A stretch of DNA of 64,000 bases from Clostridia bacterium (GTDB lineage Bacteria > Bacillota > Clostridia > Oscillospirales > CAG-272), in the NCBI GenBank assembly GCA_017504245.1, contig JAFVRQ010000083.1, positions 6,590 to 70,589 on the forward strand, given 5' to 3'. The translations under genes were made by a program, and so were the position numbers. Positions within the stretch are counted from its first letter, which is position 1. Each line of letters opens with the position of its first letter. Below are positions 46,309-54,110 of this stretch, one piece after another. The notes under the pieces were generated by a model. That model had not been told where the DNA came from. It saw only the letters and a program-made list of their open reading frames with translations, and did not search any database.

Positions 46309-46566
46309 TCAATTAGCAGAAAACTTCTGCTTCAACTGCTGCACCTTATCCTGCTGTGCCATTTCGGGCGCATACCAGCCCTTTTCCTTCATCTTCGTAT
46401 AAATCTGATTTTGAAGCTGCAAGGATTTATTCAATGCGTTTGAAAATGATGAAAACACGTTTTGGTCGCTCGCTTCAATCGCCCCGTGCATATAGAGGTC
46501 GCACGCGCCCTTTTCAAGAAGGAGAAGATTCTCCATCACGTTTCTGTCGTTCGTATTTTCGTTCAT
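46309..46566 (-). CDS. CotF-like (Coat F domain) small protein
   Basis: 85 aa. NVMENLLLLEKGACDLYMHGAIEASDQNVFSSF resembles Coat F / ferritin-like four-helix proteins. Confidence 0.6.
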   Translation of the reverse strand: MNENTNDRNVMENLLLLEKGACDLYMHGAIEASDQNVFSSFSNALNKSLQLQNQIYTKMKEKGWYAPEMAQQDKVQQLKQKFSAN

Positions 46567-46577
46567 ACTATCCCCCC

Positions 46578-46751
46578 TTAAAGTAACTGGTAAAATCCGC
46601 TGAAAATTTCACCGTGCTTTTGCGTTAAATCGGTAACGAGATTTTTGAGCTCCCCGTCCTGAAGCTGCGAAGAACACTCCTGGCACTTCGTTTTAAAATA
46701 CTTTTCGTGACCCAAAGCGTCCTCAATATAAAGTAGTTCCTTGTTCGTCAT
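46578..46751 (-). CDS. small CotF-associated protein
   Basis: 57 aa (MTNKELLYIEDALGHEKYF...). ATG at 46751 lies about 10 nt after GGAG. Forms a two-gene pair with 46309-46566. Confidence 0.5.
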   Translation of the reverse strand: MTNKELLYIEDALGHEKYFKTKCQECSSQLQDGELKNLVTDLTQKHGEIFSGFYQLL

Positions 46752-46913
46752 TTTTATCAAACTCCTTTCTGTTTGGTAATTTGATTATTGCCATTTTTTG
46801 CCCCAATATTCAAGTTGCGAAAAAACGCCTCCGCAATCAACTCCGCTTTGCATTTTTGCGTGCATTTTCGACGTTTTTTACTTCAAAAATCATTTTTTAG
46901 CCAAAATTACGCG

Positions 46914-46938
46914 TTTTTGCAACCGCGAGTTGCAAAAA
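46914..46938. promoter_or_regulatory. perfect palindrome TTTTTGCAAC-N5-GTTGCAAAAA (candidate operator)
   Basis: 10-bp arms at 46914-46923 and 46929-46938. Related half-sites at 46814-46825, 46847-46868 and 46964-46974 (the last overlaps the -35). Confidence 0.55.
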
Positions 46939-46964
46939 ATTCAAAGAAAAGTTGATTGAAACTG

Positions 46965-46993
46965 TTGCATTTTTGTGTTATATTTAGTATAAT
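46965..46993 (+). promoter_or_regulatory. sigmaA-type promoter of the HTH-glmM gene
   Basis: TTGCAT 46965-46970, 17-nt spacer, TATAAT 46988-46993. RBS AAAGGAGA 47021-47028. Confidence 0.65.
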
Positions 46994-47035
46994 GGATATA
47001 GAAATATACATTTTTTACATAAAGGAGATTTTTCT

Positions 47036-48655
47036 ATGACGATAGGACAAAAAATAATCGCGCTCCGCAACAGTATGGGCATATCACAAGAAAAGCTCGC
47101 AGAGCTTCTTAACGTTTCCCGTCAATCAGTTTCAAAATGGGAGATGGATCACTCCGTTCCCCAGATTGATAAAATTCTTCAGATTTCCGAAATTTTCTCA
47201 ATCTCCTGCGACGATCTTCTCCACGACGACGTAGAGCTTCGCAGAACGATAACTGCCCCCCTCACGAATAAATATTTCGGCACGGACGGCTTCCGCGGTG
47301 AAGCAAACGTAAGTTTAACGTCAATGCACGCATACAAAATCGGACGCTTCCTCGGTTGGTACTATTCCCTTCAGCTTCAGGGCGAGGATAGAGGCACGCG
47401 CCGCCCCAAAATCGTTATAGGCAAGGACACAAGACGCTCAAGCTATATGCTCGAATACGCAATAGCTTCGGGCATTGCTACCTCGGGCGCGGATGCATAT
47501 ATTCTCCACGTTACAACAACCCCAAGCGTTTCCTACGTTACGCGAATGGACGGCTTTGATTGCGGAATTATGATAACCGCATCCCACAACCCCTTCCACG
47601 ATAACGGGATTAAGGTGATCAACCGCTACGGTGAAAAGCTCGACGATGAAACCACCGCGCTTATTGAAGCATACCTCGACGGAAATCTCGCCCTGCTCGG
47701 TATCAAGGGAGATGACCTCCCCTTAGCAGTGGGAGATAAGATAGGCAGCATCCACGATCACGTTAGCGGCAGAAACAGATATATCGGCTATCTTATTTCA
47801 GTTGCTTCAAACTCCTATAAAAAGCTCCGTATAGGTCTTGACTGCGCAAACGGTGCCGCTTGGTCGATTGCGCGCGCGGTTTTCGGCGCACTCGGAGCGC
47901 AAATTTACGTTATCGGTGACGAGCCGGACGGTCTTAACGTAAACCGTGACTGCGGCTCAACTCATATAGAAAATCTTGCAAAATTAGTTCGTGAAAAGCA
48001 CCTCGACGTCGGCTTTGCCTTCGACGGCGACTGTGATAGATGCCTTGCGGTTGACGAAAACGGAAATATCGTTGACGGTGATAAGATTATGTACCTTCTC
48101 GCAAAGCGCCTTAAAGCTCGCGGAATGCTAAACGATAACACCATTGTTGCAACGGTTATGTCCAATAGCGGATTTGTGGCTTCTCTCAATAAAATCGGTA
48201 TAAAATGCGTTCAAACGAAGGTCGGTGACCGCTTCGTTTACGAATGTATGCAGGAAAAGGACTATTCCATCGGCGGCGAGCAATCGGGTCATATCATTAT
48301 GAGAAAATACGCCACCACGGGTGACGGTCTTCTCACGGCTATTATGGTAACCGAGGAGATTTGCGATAGCAAATCCACCCTCTCCGCGCTCGTTAAGGAC
48401 GTTACGGTTTTCCCTCAATATCTCAAAAACGTTCGCGTATCCGATAAGGACGCGGTTATGAACGATAAGGACGTTCTCGCAAGCGTTAAGGAAGCAGAAG
48501 CGCTCATAAACGGAAACGGACGTGTGCTTCTCCGTCAGAGCGGAACCGAACCCCTCGTTCGCGTTATGGTTGAAGCCGAAGCCGAGGAAAAATGCCGCGA
48601 ATATGCAGAAATCGTTGTAAAAGCAATAATCGAAGGAGGACACGCGGTTGATTAA
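47036..48655 (+). CDS. glmM: fusion protein: XRE-type helix-turn-helix domain plus phosphoglucosamine mutase
   Basis: aa 1-62 IGQKIIALRNSMGISQEKLAELLNVSRQSVSKWE (HTH_3 pattern). Then KYFGTDGFRGEAN, the phosphoserine loop TASHNPFHDNGIK, FDGDCDR and GGEQSGH, typical of GlmM. Confidence 0.85.
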   Translation: MTIGQKIIALRNSMGISQEKLAELLNVSRQSVSKWEMDHSVPQIDKILQISEIFSISCDDLLHDDVELRRTITAPLTNKYFGTDGFRGEANVSLTSMHAYKIGRFLGWYYSLQLQGEDRGTRRPKIVIGKDTRRSSYMLEYAIASGIATSGADAYILHVTTTPSVSYVTRMDGFDCGIMITASHNPFHDNGIKVINRYGEKLDDETTALIEAYLDGNLALLGIKGDDLPLAVGDKIGSIHDHVSGRNRYIGYLISVASNSYKKLRIGLDCANGAAWSIARAVFGALGAQIYVIGDEPDGLNVNRDCGSTHIENLAKLVREKHLDVGFAFDGDCDRCLAVDENGNIVDGDKIMYLLAKRLKARGMLNDNTIVATVMSNSGFVASLNKIGIKCVQTKVGDRFVYECMQEKDYSIGGEQSGHIIMRKYATTGDGLLTAIMVTEEICDSKSTLSALVKDVTVFPQYLKNVRVSDKDAVMNDKDVLASVKEAEALINGNGRVLLRQSGTEPLVRVMVEAEAEEKCREYAEIVVKAIIEGGHAVD

Positions 48656-49310
48656 ATCAGTAAAAACTATAGAATTGTTTGATTGCACAGTTCCCTATCT
48701 TGCCCCCCTTTTTGACGAGTGCGAATACCCTTGGGAAATGCTCCCAAGGATAAAAGACCTTGCCAAAATGATAATCAGCGAAGGTCTTGAGGGCTACACA
48801 CTCCTCTCTAACGGTGTCCTCGTTGGCGAAAACGTAAAAATTTACCCCACCGCCACTATTGAAGGCCCAACTGTTATCGGCTCGGGCACCGAGGTACGTC
48901 CGGGTGCGTTCATTCGCGGTGGAGTAATCACTGGCGAGAACTGTGTTATCGGCAATTCAAGTGAATTAAAAAATTGCATCCTCTTAAACAAGGTGCAGAT
49001 TCCCCATTATAACTACGTTGGCGACTCAATTTTAGGCAATAAAGCGCACACGGGCGCGGGAACTATCTGCTCAAATCTCAAAAGTGACGGCAAAAACATC
49101 ATCGTTCACGGAGATCTTGAATACGAAACGGGCTTGCGAAAAATCGGCGGAATTTTAGGTGACGGAGCAGACGTCGGCTGTGGCTCTGTAATAAATCCCG
49201 GCACGGTAATCGGCAAGAATACGTCAGTTTACCCCCTCACCTCCCTGCGCGGAGTTTACCCTGCAGATTGCATTGTTAAAAGCACAAAAGAAGTAGTAAA
49301 AAGAGTATAG
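48648..49310 (+). CDS. left-handed beta-helix acyltransferase resembling the C-terminal half of GlmU (no uridyltransferase domain)
   Basis: Hexapeptide repeats; ELKNCILLNKVQIPHYNYVGDSILGNKAHTGAGTICSNLKSDGK parallels the GlmU acetyltransferase core. TTG start 8 nt after GGAGGA, overlapping the glmM stop. Confidence 0.65.
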   Translation: MIKSVKTIELFDCTVPYLAPLFDECEYPWEMLPRIKDLAKMIISEGLEGYTLLSNGVLVGENVKIYPTATIEGPTVIGSGTEVRPGAFIRGGVITGENCVIGNSSELKNCILLNKVQIPHYNYVGDSILGNKAHTGAGTICSNLKSDGKNIIVHGDLEYETGLRKIGGILGDGADVGCGSVINPGTVIGKNTSVYPLTSLRGVYPADCIVKSTKEVVKRV

Positions 49311-49338
49311 AAAATGGCGGTCAAATGACCGCCATTTT
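49311..49338. terminator. bidirectional intrinsic terminator
   Basis: 12-bp stem AAAATGGCGGTC 49311-49322 / GACCGCCATTTT 49327-49338, between convergent genes. Confidence 0.88.
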
Positions 49339-49339
49339 C

Positions 49340-51406
49340 TTATTTTTTCTCAAAGTAAACAGTTTCAGTGTTAGAATCAAAATAAACCGTGTAAGTTCCG
49401 AGCGCAACCTGAATATTTCTATTGCCGCCCTGATATTCAAACGAGGTGTTAATCCTGCTTTCATCAACCGTGTTGTACCAAGCATTATCTCCGCTTTCCC
49501 TGTTGTTGTATATCTTGAACTTAAACGTACCCGCGTCACCGCTGCTTGAGTATGCGGTAAACGTAACGGAATAAATACCGTTTCCGATATGCTGGAGCTT
49601 GTACTGTGAGTGATTTTGCCAGTTGTTGCTGTCAAAATTGCCGCGAACATAAAGCTCCCATTCCTTTTGAACAGGCGTTGTTCCCGAACCCGAGCCCGAA
49701 CCGGAGCCCGCATCGGGATTTGTGGTTGAGCCAACGTTCATATTAAATCCGCTAATATATTTTGCAAGGGTCGATGCTTTTTTGGTAATATAGTTACTGT
49801 ATGACATATTAGAGCCGTCGGACTTGCTTATGTTAAACGATACGCCCCATCCCGCGTTGCTGTAATGCTTTGAGGTGCTCGTTTCATCCGAATAAAGCGC
49901 CTTTGCGATACTGTAATATTCTTCAAACGTTGAAATTTTAAACATATCGCTTGAAGCAACCGTTTTAAGGGCCTCTGTATATTCATTCTTATAGAAATTA
50001 GAATTCAAAATACCCTTTGAGAAAAGCGGATTTTTCTGTTGACTTCCGTTTCCTATTGCGGTGCTGTTGTACGGGCTGTCCTCCGTCATATGATTGCCGC
50101 TTGGATTCCAGTCCTTGTTAACGCCAAGACCTCTGTCCACATCATAAGGAATGATCATCATCTTGCCATTATCCGCGCGGAAATAGATATAGCAGTTGTT
50201 ATAATTGTTTCTCAAATCGTCCGGGTTGCCCATCATATAGGAAACAGCCGCAAACATAAGGAAATTATCAACGTCAACGACTGAGGCAAAGCTCGTTTTA
50301 TTGCAAGAGCTTGAATTAAGAACACTTATAAGATTTCTAAGCGATGAATGATCGCTCGTCTTTTTGTTCGTTTTAAGGTCGTAAACGTAGAAATTACCTG
50401 AATCCTCGTCCTCAACACCGTAGGATGAGAAGGATGTAAAGGTCGCGCCTTCACTCGTCCAACCGAGCTTGTAAAGATCGCCGCCAAGTGCCTCTGCGGG
50501 CAAATTCTTTTCAAGGAAAATTTTATCAATCGGCTCATAGAATAGCCAAATGCCCGCGTGATCGTTGCCGATGTCAACGGAAGCCAAATTTGTGTGAGGA
50601 GCAAGAACTCCCATTTCACGGTAAATCTCATAGGAATAATACTCTCTGATATGAGTGGCATCCTCATTTTTGTTCCATCTCATATCGATTTTTTCAAGAG
50701 TTGCAAAGGTTCTGTTCTTTCTCTCTTTTCTTGCCGCGCTGTCACTCCAAACAAGAGCATCACTTCCGTAGTATTCCGCATCGTCAAACGTTTCCTGAAA
50801 GCTCACCTTAAAGTGAACAAGATTATACATTCCGTTGCTATCGTAAAAGTTAGTTCTTGAGGTGTTACCCTTCATTCTGACGCCGACCTGCTCGATAACG
50901 TACTTATATTCCGTGCCGTCGGGCTTCGTTATGGTAACGTGCAAATCCGCCATTCTGTAAATAGGAGATTTCGACCCCATCGAGCTATATTTTTCATAGT
51001 CCTTCTGGATCTTTTTAAGCTCGGAATTGCTTATATCAAGATAGAGCGAAACGTGATTTTCAATGCTGAAAAGCTCCTCAAAAAGAGCCGTCTCGTCAAG
51101 CTCGGGAGTAACGGGATCAACCTTTGGATCATCGGGATTTGTAGTGGTAGTCGTAGTAGACGTTGTCACGTTAGTAGAACTACTTGAGGTTGTGCTCGAC
51201 GTAGTTCCCGATGGCTTATTTGTAGTTGTAGTAGTTGATGAACCGGACGGACGAGTTGTAGCTGTGGTGCTTGAACTTTCCGAGGGTCTTGTTGTGCTGC
51301 CACTATTTGCGGTAGTAGACACGCCCGAAATATCAGGGTTTATGTGGCAGGAAACAAACCCAACTCCCATAACCAAAATCAAAAGAAGAGCAATTAATCT
51401 TTTCAT
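49340..51406 (-). CDS. secreted CotH-family protein with Thr/Ser linker and C-terminal carbohydrate-binding-like module
   Basis: MKRLIALLLILVMGVGFVSC lipobox and a 65-aa S/T linker. CotH-like core (MIIPYDVDRGLG). GSGSGSG linker, then WELYVRGNFDSNNW...FKFKIYNN beta-sandwich-like tail. Confidence 0.72.
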   Translation of the reverse strand: MKRLIALLLILVMGVGFVSCHINPDISGVSTTANSGSTTRPSESSSTTATTRPSGSSTTTTTNKPSGTTSSTTSSSSTNVTTSTTTTTTNPDDPKVDPVTPELDETALFEELFSIENHVSLYLDISNSELKKIQKDYEKYSSMGSKSPIYRMADLHVTITKPDGTEYKYVIEQVGVRMKGNTSRTNFYDSNGMYNLVHFKVSFQETFDDAEYYGSDALVWSDSAARKERKNRTFATLEKIDMRWNKNEDATHIREYYSYEIYREMGVLAPHTNLASVDIGNDHAGIWLFYEPIDKIFLEKNLPAEALGGDLYKLGWTSEGATFTSFSSYGVEDEDSGNFYVYDLKTNKKTSDHSSLRNLISVLNSSSCNKTSFASVVDVDNFLMFAAVSYMMGNPDDLRNNYNNCYIYFRADNGKMMIIPYDVDRGLGVNKDWNPSGNHMTEDSPYNSTAIGNGSQQKNPLFSKGILNSNFYKNEYTEALKTVASSDMFKISTFEEYYSIAKALYSDETSTSKHYSNAGWGVSFNISKSDGSNMSYSNYITKKASTLAKYISGFNMNVGSTTNPDAGSGSGSGSGTTPVQKEWELYVRGNFDSNNWQNHSQYKLQHIGNGIYSVTFTAYSSSGDAGTFKFKIYNNRESGDNAWYNTVDESRINTSFEYQGGNRNIQVALGTYTVYFDSNTETVYFEKK

Positions 51407-51474
51407 ACATATCTCCTTTATTCGCAAACTTATCTATTTTAATTATACATTATTCGTCCCCTTTTGTCAATACA

Positions 51475-51506
51475 AAAAAGCACCCAAAAAATCTTGAGTG
51501 CTTTTT
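51475..51506. terminator. bidirectional terminator-like hairpin
   Basis: AAAAAGCACCC / GAGTGCTTTTT stem with one mismatch, lying between two co-directional minus-strand genes (51520-52782 upstream, 49340-51406 downstream). Confidence 0.6.
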
Positions 51507-51519
51507 GTATATTTTTTGA

Positions 51520-52782
51520 TTATAATACACCGTAAACGATCCAAAGATAAACGTAAGCGGAGATAACTGCCGCAAGCGTGAAAGGAATACCGATTTTGAA
51601 GAAATCCTTGTTTCTAACCTCGTGTCCCTCCTTGCGAAGAATTGCAGTACCCGTAATATTGGCAGATGCGCCGATGGGAGTAATATTTCCGCCAAGAGTA
51701 GCGCCCGAAAGCAATCCGAAATACATAAGAGTTGGATTAATTCCAAGTCCCGTAATAATGGGAAGCATCGTTGCAACGTAAGGAATGTTGTCGATAAAAG
51801 CGGAAATAAAAACCGAGAACCAAACGATAACCGTAAATAGAATGAACTCGTTGCCGCCGCCAAGCTTTGCAAGAAGCTGAGCCGCCGCATCGATAACGCC
51901 CTGCTCCTTGATACCGCCAATCATAAGGAAAAGACCTAAAAGAAGTCCAAGTGTTTCAAAATCAATCGCCCCTATAGGACCTGTAACAGACTCCTTCGTT
52001 CTATTCTTAATAAAGTTATAAACAAGGCCGATAACAAGAAGCACGCAGCAAATAAGACCGTTGGTAATGTCAGGCTTATTAGGAATAAATGAAGCGCCGA
52101 TGAGAAGCGCAAGCATTATAAGAAGAAGATAAGTAGGAACGTAATCGGTTACCTTTGTGGTTGTTTCCTGCTTAGGAATGGGCTGCTTTTCCTTTCTGAA
52201 TATCCAAGCAAGGATAATAGCAGAAGCAACCGCACCAAGCTCAACCGCAAAGAAGATACTGGGCTTGCCCTCATACCAGAAGAAGTCCATAAACGTCATC
52301 TTCGCCTCACCGCCAAGCATAATCGCCGTTGTGTCACCAACGAGCGTTGCCGCACCCTGAAGGTTTGAAGAAACCGCAATCGCGATAATGAAAGGCACGG
52401 GATTGGTTTTGAGTTTTTTACAAATTTGAAGTGCTACGGGAGCAATCATAAGAACGGTTGCAACGTTGTCAACGAACGCGGAAATCACACCCGCAAAGAG
52501 TGCAAGAGCAACCGCAGCCATTTGAACGTTTTTAACCTTTTTGATGATAATCTCCGCAAGAAGATCGGGCATTTTCGAGTCAATAAAGAGCTGAACAAGA
52601 CCCATAGAGCCCGCAATCATCAAAAGAACGTTAAAGTCAATCGCAGGGATAATATTTGTAAGTGAAAGCATACCGGTAACGATAAACAAAACACCGGATG
52701 CGAGCGCAATATATGTACGGTACTTACTGAAAGCAAGAATGAATACATACGTAAGTGCAAAAAGAATAAGCGCGTAAATCAT
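51520..52782 (-). CDS. ArsB/NhaD-superfamily anion permease (CitMHS/YbiR-like)
   Basis: 420 aa, about 11-12 TM helices. SAFVDNVATVLMIAP and SAFIDNIPYVATMLP duplicated motifs typical of this superfamily. Confidence 0.7.
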   Translation of the reverse strand: MIYALILFALTYVFILAFSKYRTYIALASGVLFIVTGMLSLTNIIPAIDFNVLLMIAGSMGLVQLFIDSKMPDLLAEIIIKKVKNVQMAAVALALFAGVISAFVDNVATVLMIAPVALQICKKLKTNPVPFIIAIAVSSNLQGAATLVGDTTAIMLGGEAKMTFMDFFWYEGKPSIFFAVELGAVASAIILAWIFRKEKQPIPKQETTTKVTDYVPTYLLLIMLALLIGASFIPNKPDITNGLICCVLLVIGLVYNFIKNRTKESVTGPIGAIDFETLGLLLGLFLMIGGIKEQGVIDAAAQLLAKLGGGNEFILFTVIVWFSVFISAFIDNIPYVATMLPIITGLGINPTLMYFGLLSGATLGGNITPIGASANITGTAILRKEGHEVRNKDFFKIGIPFTLAAVISAYVYLWIVYGVL

Positions 52783-52939
52783 TTTTTCTCCTAATTTGTA
52801 ATATATTTTGTCAAACCTTAACTATTATACAACCTTTTTAACCAAATGTCAACCTAAAAATTTGTTTATTTTGATAGTAGTTTTTTTAACGAACTTATGG
52901 TAAAATGATATTAATATATATTTTTTGCGGAGGTTTATT

Positions 52940-54061
52940 ATGAATATCTATTTCCCTAACGTACATAAAAATTTCGGCTTTGGCTGTATGCGATTGCCAA
53001 TGAAGGATAACGAAGTGGATACGGTTGAGTTTTCAAAAATGGTAGATACCTTTTTAGAAAACGGATTTAACTATTTCGATACGGCGCAGGGCTATCTTGA
53101 GGGCAAAAGCGAGCTTGCGCTTAAAGAATATCTAACAAGTCGCTATCCAAGAGAAAGCTACATATTGACGGACAAGCTCTCCCCCCATCTTTTTGAAAAA
53201 GAAGAGGACATTCGTCCCGCATTTGAGCGTCAGCTTGAGGCGTGCGGAGTTGAATATTTTGATTTTTACCTTATGCATAGCCAAAACAAAGGGCTTTATA
53301 AAAAATATCAATCCTGCCGCGCATACGAAATCGCTCAGGAATTAAAAGCAGAGGGCAAGGTTAAATACGTTGGCTTCTCCTTCCACGATGACGCAGAATT
53401 TCTTGATAAAATCCTTTGCGATCACCCCGAGGTTGACGTTGTTCAAATTCAGTTCAATTATGCCGACTACGACGACCCCTCGGTTGAGTCAAGAAAATGC
53501 TATGAGGTTTGCAGAAAGCATAATAAGCCCATCATCGTAATGGAGCCCGTTAAGGGCGGCCACCTCGTCAATCTCCCCGATAAAGCAAAAGAGGTATTCT
53601 CTGCCCTCGGTGATATGAGTCCCGCAAGCTATGCTATCCGCTTTGCCGCAAGCTTTGAGGGTATCTTTATGGTGCTTTCGGGTATGGGCGATATGCAGAT
53701 GATGAACGATAATATCTCCTATATGAAGAATTTCAAGCCCATCAATGCAAAAGAGCTTGAAGCAATTAATAAAGTCCTCGAAATCGTTAAGGAGCAAGGC
53801 ACGATCCAATGCACCGCTTGTCGCTATTGCGTTGACGGTTGCCCGATGAATATCCCCATTCCCGACCTTTTCGCCTGTGCGAACGGTAAAAAGATTTGGA
53901 ACGCGTGGAACTATAATTCTTATTATCGTTCCCTCACAAAAGAGGGTGGCGCCCCCTCGTCCTGCATCGAATGTGGTGCGTGTGAGGAAAGCTGCCCTCA
54001 GCACCTCCCCATCCGCGATCTTCTTAAAGAAGTTGCAAAAGAATTTGAAAAGAAAGACTAA
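52940..54061 (+). CDS. aldo/keto reductase with C-terminal 4Fe-4S ferredoxin-type domain
   Basis: AKR N-terminus FGFGCMRLP...FDTAQGY. C-terminal CTACRYCVDGCP and CIECGACEESCP. ATG at 52940 after GGAGG. Confidence 0.82.
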   Translation: MNIYFPNVHKNFGFGCMRLPMKDNEVDTVEFSKMVDTFLENGFNYFDTAQGYLEGKSELALKEYLTSRYPRESYILTDKLSPHLFEKEEDIRPAFERQLEACGVEYFDFYLMHSQNKGLYKKYQSCRAYEIAQELKAEGKVKYVGFSFHDDAEFLDKILCDHPEVDVVQIQFNYADYDDPSVESRKCYEVCRKHNKPIIVMEPVKGGHLVNLPDKAKEVFSALGDMSPASYAIRFAASFEGIFMVLSGMGDMQMMNDNISYMKNFKPINAKELEAINKVLEIVKEQGTIQCTACRYCVDGCPMNIPIPDLFACANGKKIWNAWNYNSYYRSLTKEGGAPSSCIECGACEESCPQHLPIRDLLKEVAKEFEKKD

Positions 54062-54065
54062 TCGA

Positions 54066-54098
54066 AAACCCGACGGAATTTCCGTCGGGTTAATTTTT
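54066..54098. terminator. bidirectional intrinsic terminator
   Basis: Stem AACCCGACGG 54067-54076 / CCGTCGGGTT 54082-54091, then a T-run. Confidence 0.8.
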
Positions 54099-54110
54099 AT
54101 TCTTTATTCT

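Noticed and set aside
45997-46443. ORFs 45997-46236 (+) and 46258-46443 (+)
   Set aside because: They cross the terminator and the G+C-rich dyad block or run antisense to the cotF-like gene. No RBS is present and they are not supported.
51063-51920. ORFs 51063-51497 (+) and 51450-51920 (-)
   Set aside because: The first is the antisense reading of the CotH Ser/Thr linker (Val-rich). The second is out of frame within the permease gene and crosses its terminator. Neither has start signals.
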